In this document: positions 60,201-64,000 of the stretch, piece by piece
Layout: each line of letters starts with the position of its first letter
Position numbering within the stretch: position 1 is the first letter of the stretch
Assembly (NCBI RefSeq): GCF_004010195.1
Contig: NC_057728.1
Span: forward strand, 45,169,419 to 45,233,418
Length of the DNA: 64,000 bases
Direction of reading: 5' to 3'
Source: Chiloscyllium plagiosum
Lineage: Eukaryota
Notes under the pieces: model-generated
Seen by the model: only the letters and a program-made list of their open reading frames with translations
The model's database searches: none
What the model was told of the DNA's origin: nothing
Made by a program: the position numbers and the translations under genes

Positions 60201-63200
60201 GTTCAGATTCCATATTGCTACAAAGTTTGAGATGAAATGCAAGCAAAAAGTAAAGAACATACAATCTACACCATTCAAAAAGAATATATACTGATAGACA
60301 GACAATAGCAGCAACTGTAATTAAATTGCGTCAGGTTGCAACATAGCACAGTGAACAACTACTCACTCCGAGTTCAGGTCTGCCAATCAGGCTGGAGTGA
60401 CTGGAAAAGGGAAAGTTCAAGCAAAACATTCCCATTTTCCAAAGAAGGTTCCCAACAATATAAAGCGCTTCATATCAAGCAAGAATAAATCTCCAAGTAA
60501 CACAAGTGAGGAAGTGAACAAGTTGGTTTCACCAATAATTGAATGACTGAGAGGGGAGCAGAAAGTTGAAATTATTCAAGAATTTAAAGTATTAAGTTTA
60601 CCTACTTTAGCACTGACCTATGGTTGAAATAATTTCAGTAATGCAAGTTGCAGATGTAACACACACAGTTCCATGAAAGGCACCACTGACAAGGAATATG
60701 CAATGTAGAAAGACAAAAAATACTGCAGAGAAAAGTATATATATTTTCTGTAGCAGGGAGCACACTAACATCTATAAAGAATGTCAAAGTCCTTTGCAAA
60801 AGAAATATATGACATTAATGACTCCAATTCAATTTGACTATGGACCTCAGACTGTCAGGTCGACAGTCCAAAACAATTATCTTCTACCCAACAAACAATT
60901 ACTTTTTGAGTCCAGAGATAAGAGTACTTTGGAAGAACAGTGAAACTTCCAGGTTGTTTAAGACTTGAGAAAAGTTATAGTAAATGAAAATTTAAATCAA
61001 TATATAGCATAGTAATTACAAGGGAATAAAGTGGTGTGAGTTATTGTAGATGGGTTTAAAAATGTTTATATTAGATTGAGTGTAATAAACACCACCAATT
61101 GTGATTATATCATGGAGATTAGGCCAGAATAAAGAAGGAGATTTTGGGAGATGGATCTCACAGTCTGTACAATAATTTAAAGCACAATCATGTAATCTGG
61201 AACTAGATGCAATGTGCGTGTATGTTTTTTATTCATTCACGGGATGAGCATGTCGCTGGCTAGGCCTGCATATATTGCCCTAATTGCCTAGAGGGCAGTT
61301 AAGAGTCAACCACAATGCTGTAGGCCAGACCAGGATAAGGGTAGCAGTGTCCCTCCCTCAAGAACATTAGTGAACCAGAAGGGTTTTTCCAACAGTCAAC
61401 AATGGATTCATGGTCATCATTAGAACTTAAATTCCTGATTTTTATTGAATTCAAATTCCACCATCTGCCATAGTGGGATTCGAATCTGGGTTCCCAGATC
61501 ATTCAGATTACCTGGGTCTCTGAATTAACAGTCCAACAATAAAATGCCGTCATCTTCCCATGTTTGCTCAACAAGACAGAATCATAGAATTGTTATGGTG
61601 TGGGAGGAGACCAGTCTGTCCATTATATCTGCACTGGCTTTTTGAGCTTTTAATTCAGTGTCATAACGCTGCACATTGAATGATTATTTAAACTAAACAG
61701 TGTCCTTGAATACTTCAATTGCACCTGCCTCCTTCAGAATTCACACACACTCTCGCCCTCTCTCTCACACACACTCTCTCTCTCCCTTTCTTTCACACAC
61801 ACATATAAGTCTATGTGGTGAATCTGCATTGTAGATTTGCAGATACATTCTATTTTGTTCAAAAAGTTCACAATCTGTAGTCAATCAGTCCATGTGACAT
61901 TTTATCAACTTTTGCTTTGAAAATAGAACCAGTCTGACTCAAGATTGGGACACAGACAGGCTCTAAGCTCACGCCTTGAATGCACTGTCTGAGCTGAGAT
62001 GTCACCTTTTTTATATAAAACCTTAAGTTATCTTGGGAATGTGACTTGAAAGAAGTTCTGGGATTTACTTATTAATGAATCAAAACCTGCAACCCCATTT
62101 TGAGTGATTAAAGACATATCAGCAATCTAGGTTTGCTCAATACATTGCATCAGTTGTATGACACTTTGATCTTTTACTATAAATTCTATGTCCTAGGATC
62201 TTGTCCCACGAGCTACCTGACAAAGAAGCAGTGCTCTGAAAGCTTGTACTTCCAAATAAACCCATTGGACTTTAACCTGGTCTTGTGTAATTTTTAACTT
62301 TGTCCACCCCTGTCTAACACCAGTACCTCCACATCATTCAGAATTCCAGGCAGTGCATTTCAGACTCTGGTGACGCACTGTGAGTCTTCTAGTTACACCA
62401 GAAGGGTGAATATCTAACTCCGTCTTGGATCACTTGCACTTGAAGGAACACAGACTCAACACTGGAAACTGGTCAATACAATTTCATTAGTTTTATGTCA
62501 CCTGCAGGCATTGAAGTTAAACTTCCTGGGAGACCAGTCCACCCTCATCATTATATATCAAAGAGAACTGGAGTTATAAAATCAACCATTACGCATAACT
62601 GTAATGATTATAAAATCAACCATTGCACCTTACTCCCACCACACTATCCAGTTTGGAAAACAGCCCTTCATTGATTATTATTCTGTATTTGACTTTGGAT
62701 CAGTCTGTCATTGGTCGTCCCTTGCAGACGAGGGTGACTCTCTTCCTTTCTCAGAGTGAGCCGGTATGTAGCTGTGCAGTCCAAGGTGGCTTCTGCAAGT
62801 TCTGTTACACTTGGGACAGAAGGTGGTCACGGGAAGGGGTGTGTGGAGCATTGGTGTGACAGCCCACACCTTATGCTATTTTCTTCTTGCTTCTGCTTTT
62901 TCCCAACTTAAGTCTCGAGATGCTCGTCGCCTTCCTGAATGCTCTTCCTCCACTTTGGACGGTCTTGGGCCAGTGGTTCCCAGGTGCCTATGGAAATGCT
63001 GCACTTCACCAGTGAGGCATTGCGGGCATAGCTGAAGTATTTCCTCTGTCCACCTGGGGCTCACCTGCTTTGGAGCTGGGAGTAGAGCATCTGCTTGGGG
63101 AAATCTTGTTTCAGTCATGCGGACAACATGCCCAGCCCATCATAACTGATCAAGGTGGGGTCATTGGCCTGGCTGAGGATGTTTCCTTCCCAGCGGATTC

Positions 63201-63494
63201 TCAGGACCTTCAGCAGGCAGCGTTGGTGAAATCTGGCTCACCTGAATCTCCAAACCCACCGGCCTGAGTGTTAGGAGCAGTGTTGGGGCCCAGGGACCCG
63301 AAGGTGAGGAGAACATTTTGTTTTTTGCTTTGTTAAATGGCCAAATGCCATGTCCCTCGCGGGCGCGCGAAGGAGGCTCCTGGCGCGCGCATGGGAGGGA
63401 CAGGGCGGCGCTCCCGACTCACCGGGGTGCGCGTACGCACCGCCAGTGCCCGCGCACGGCGGGGGAGGGCGGGTCGGCGAGCGGACGCTGCCAT
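42089..63494 (-). CDS. Putative uncharacterised multi-exon ORF (~223 aa plus terminal exon): join(63423-63494, 59131-59188, 54329-54481, 53584-53626, 50902-50936, 47817-47979, 42089-42233)
   Basis: All junctions are GT-AG and phase-compatible (0,1,1,2,1,2,0): MAASARRPALPRRARALAVRTRTP-HWQELLLSDVCLTYCIGLT-EIVSYIGRFADRSVTTTAVTTAKLSEQKANIKGTLILNAVVFDSVPGTLNR-GKYDTLSQEIIQSS-RKVKDIIDNGLY-AYSSISNHFEGPYQNEKKSKKRSWPAEGGKKRSLSKSEVQTMGKGNESMMDCFF-KPLKRNWYFKPRHINDMGEPVTNYSYNLPNINILVSVNSNKSTLTEEFL. I recognise no homolog. The two micro-exons (43 and 35 nt) are the weakest part, and omitting both keeps the frame. Confidence 0.45.
42660..44460 (+). mobile_element. Decayed RTE-clade LINE (RT region)
   Basis: DLRDAAIPTIFKKGDKADCVNY; FSIDLIKAFDSVS; LVELQYKDD. 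Confidence 0.8.
44465..46410 (-). mobile_element. Decayed CR1 LINE with a small Penelope-type insertion (~45480-45630)
   Basis: ORFs 44857-45159, 45735-45944 (KGKSCSTNLLQF), 46213-46443 (LNSYFASVFT). Confidence 0.8.
47663..48225. repeat. Diverged ~95-bp inverted repeat pair (47663-47758 / 48132-48225) flanking the candidate exon at 47817-47979
   Basis: Exact 16-mer GTCACTGCTGAGGCTG (47685-47700 and reverse complement at 48189-48204) plus ATTAGA(G/A)CTGTCAGCA. Confidence 0.75.
47817..47979 (-). CDS. Candidate internal exon (163 nt), basic NLS-like and MMDCFF motif
   Basis: tgtgtttttcccag| ... CAA|gtaatg; within ORF 47813-48007. Confidence 0.5.
48357..48692 (-). mobile_element. HE1-type SINE
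   Basis: Reverse complement of the 17.0-kb copy. Confidence 0.8.
48795..48867 (-). mobile_element. 73-bp Penelope terminal-repeat insertion with 11-bp TSD; hammerhead stem II deleted
   Basis: TSD ATGGTCTTGGG at 48784-48794 and 48868-48878. Confidence 0.75.
49250..50060 (-). mobile_element. Decayed CR1 endonuclease region
   Basis: ORFs 49491-49790 (PPTNQKDVEEEICK, LNLVLGNE) and 49835-50059. Confidence 0.65.
51250..51802 (+). mobile_element. Solo LTR of the 19.4-26.7 kb Gypsy family, interrupted by a poly(A) retrotransposon tail (51357-51666)
   Basis: TGTAATGCGGTCAGCCAG...GAGTTATTTCA matches LTR 26460-26685; the insertion has TSD AGAAACAGGG(A/C)TGT and ends aataaaataaaaaaa. Confidence 0.78.
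52400..52880 (-). mobile_element. Third Penelope-type family terminal region with hammerhead motif (52492-52528)
   Basis: Minus strand CAC-CTGATGA-A-GGAGC-GTC-GCTCC-GAAA-GC-TA; related plus-strand copy at 61.7-62.3 kb. Confidence 0.7.
53252..53425. mobile_element. Short Penelope-derived fold-back insertion with intact hammerhead motif (53310-53345, minus)
   Basis: TSD TAAGAGATACTGT at 53239-53251 and 53426-53438. Confidence 0.85.
54329..54481 (-). CDS. Candidate internal exon (153 nt) of the uncharacterised ORF
   Basis: ctttgcag| ... GAG|gtaaat; only one frame is open, and it is closed by stops just outside both splice sites. Confidence 0.5.
55068..56032 (+). mobile_element. CR1 LINE 3' portion, with an 88-bp Penelope-derived insertion (55891-55978)
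   Basis: ORFs 55071-55529 (WAEKWQMEFNSDKCEVLHFG) and 55523-55756; tail ctctatgactcta. Confidence 0.92.
56318..56702 (-). mobile_element. HE1-type SINE
   Basis: Reverse-complement SINE core and head. Confidence 0.75.
56885..57790. mobile_element. Composite: CR1 3' end (minus, 56885-57229), Penelope repeat fragment (57230-57350), RTE 3' end (plus, ~57360-57790)
   Basis: Similarity to other copies in this window. Confidence 0.65.
59375..59697 (+). mobile_element. HE1-type SINE
   Basis: CCCGGGTTCAATTCC B box; core and tail as other copies. Confidence 0.8.
61225..61560 (-). mobile_element. tRNA-derived SINE of a second family
   Basis: Minus-strand B-box-like AGATTCGAATCCC; tgaa-type tail; degenerate relative at ~47.06-47.44 kb. 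Confidence 0.55.
61741..62335 (+). mobile_element. Penelope-type terminal region (same family as 52.4-52.9 kb) starting with (CA)/(CT) microsatellite
   Basis: Ends ...tttaactttgtccacccctgtctaacaccagtacctccacatca; degenerate hammerhead at ~62212-62250. Confidence 0.65.
62700..63230 (-). mobile_element. RTE LINE 3' fragment adjacent to the CpG island
   Basis: Minus-strand RTE-like C-terminal remnants and 3' end gtcaccctcgtctgcaagggacgaccaatgac. Confidence 0.6.
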
Positions 63495-63500
63495 GGTAAC
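63487..63500. promoter_or_regulatory. RFX X-box-like element GCTGCCATGGTAAC
   Basis: Close to the canonical X-box GTTGCCATGGCAAC; the minus-strand reading GTTACCATGGCAGC keeps a good half-site. Confidence 0.65.
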
Positions 63501-63544
63501 CGGCTTGTGGTGCCTGCAGCTGGACAAGGGCCGTGCCGCCACAG
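63493..63544 (+). other. Probable first exon of a plus-strand gene continuing beyond the window (LRRIQ1 expected from human synteny; no coding evidence here)
   Basis: Donor CAG|gtaaac inside the CpG island; the 5' boundary is unknown. Confidence 0.45.
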
Positions 63545-64000
63545 GTAAACGGAAACGCACACCCTTCAGGGACAGCGGGAGGGGGAAGAGAGGGCAAAAA
63601 GGAAGGATTAAATAATGAAATCCTGAAGTGCATCATTCAGCAAACTGGGGGGAGGGGTGTGTTGTGTGGAGAGGGTGGGAGTGGGCTGTAAAGAGAAGGA
63701 AGGGGGCTGAGGGGAAGTTCAGTCCCCTCCAGGGGCTGATTGATTCCTCTGTGACAGTTCGGTGTCAGTCCGCCCTGACGGTGTAATTCTCTGGCTGGCT
63801 TTGCAATTGCGGGTTTCCGCAGTTGGGGGGGGGAAGGAGGGACAGTTGTCTCTGAAATTCAAAAATCCAGGGATTGATCAACATGGAATGAAACTGGACC
63901 GAGCCTGCTATCGCTGTCCGCTGTCAGTGCCTTTCCCGTCACTGCTCAGTTTGTGTTCATTCCCTCTTCCCAGTTCTCTTGTGAGACCAACAGAGCTCTC

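Larger units (their letters stand above)
63290..63600. promoter_or_regulatory. CpG island / probable bidirectional promoter
   Basis: The only strongly CpG-dense, GC-rich stretch in the window. It has a GC box GGGCGG (63467-63472), an NRF1-like TGCGCGTACGCA (63428-63439), a minus-strand donor CCG|GTGAGT at 63423 and a plus-strand donor CAG|GTAAAC at 63544. Confidence 0.8.

Noticed and set aside
60367..60722. Two more minus-strand exon candidates (60367-60400 and ~60618-60722)
   Set aside because: The splice sites are plausible, but the phases do not join each other or the exon 1 donor, so I left them out of the model.
63271..63636. Overlapping 75-121 aa ORFs as single-exon genes
   Set aside because: Expected from stop-codon scarcity in a GC-rich CpG island.

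Overview
Repeat-rich vertebrate genomic DNA. The HE1-type SINEs and CR1/Penelope/RTE repertoire point to a shark (inference). The main gene is a complete minus-strand tetraspanin with 8 coding exons (CDS 34922..6151, 249 aa), matching TSPAN19; I assembled it by hand from GT-AG splice sites. A CpG island at about 63.3-63.6 kb carries an RFX X-box and splice donors facing outward on both strands. This fits a bidirectional promoter; in human, TSPAN19 is head-to-head with LRRIQ1. Between that island and the TSPAN19 start lies a chain of phase-compatible minus-strand exon candidates (63494..42089). They give an unrecognised ORF of about 223+ aa with NLS-like and PIP-box-like motifs, possibly a hidden gene or the first cistron of a bicistronic TSPAN19 transcript. 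The rest is mostly decayed transposons: CR1, RTE and Tx1/L1 LINEs, two Gypsy LTR families, Tc1/mariner-type MITEs, SINEs, and many Penelope-like elements and short derivatives. Several of the Penelope-like copies carry minimal hammerhead-ribozyme motifs. There is one assembly gap at 24241-24342. All calls are by eye, without alignment or expression data.
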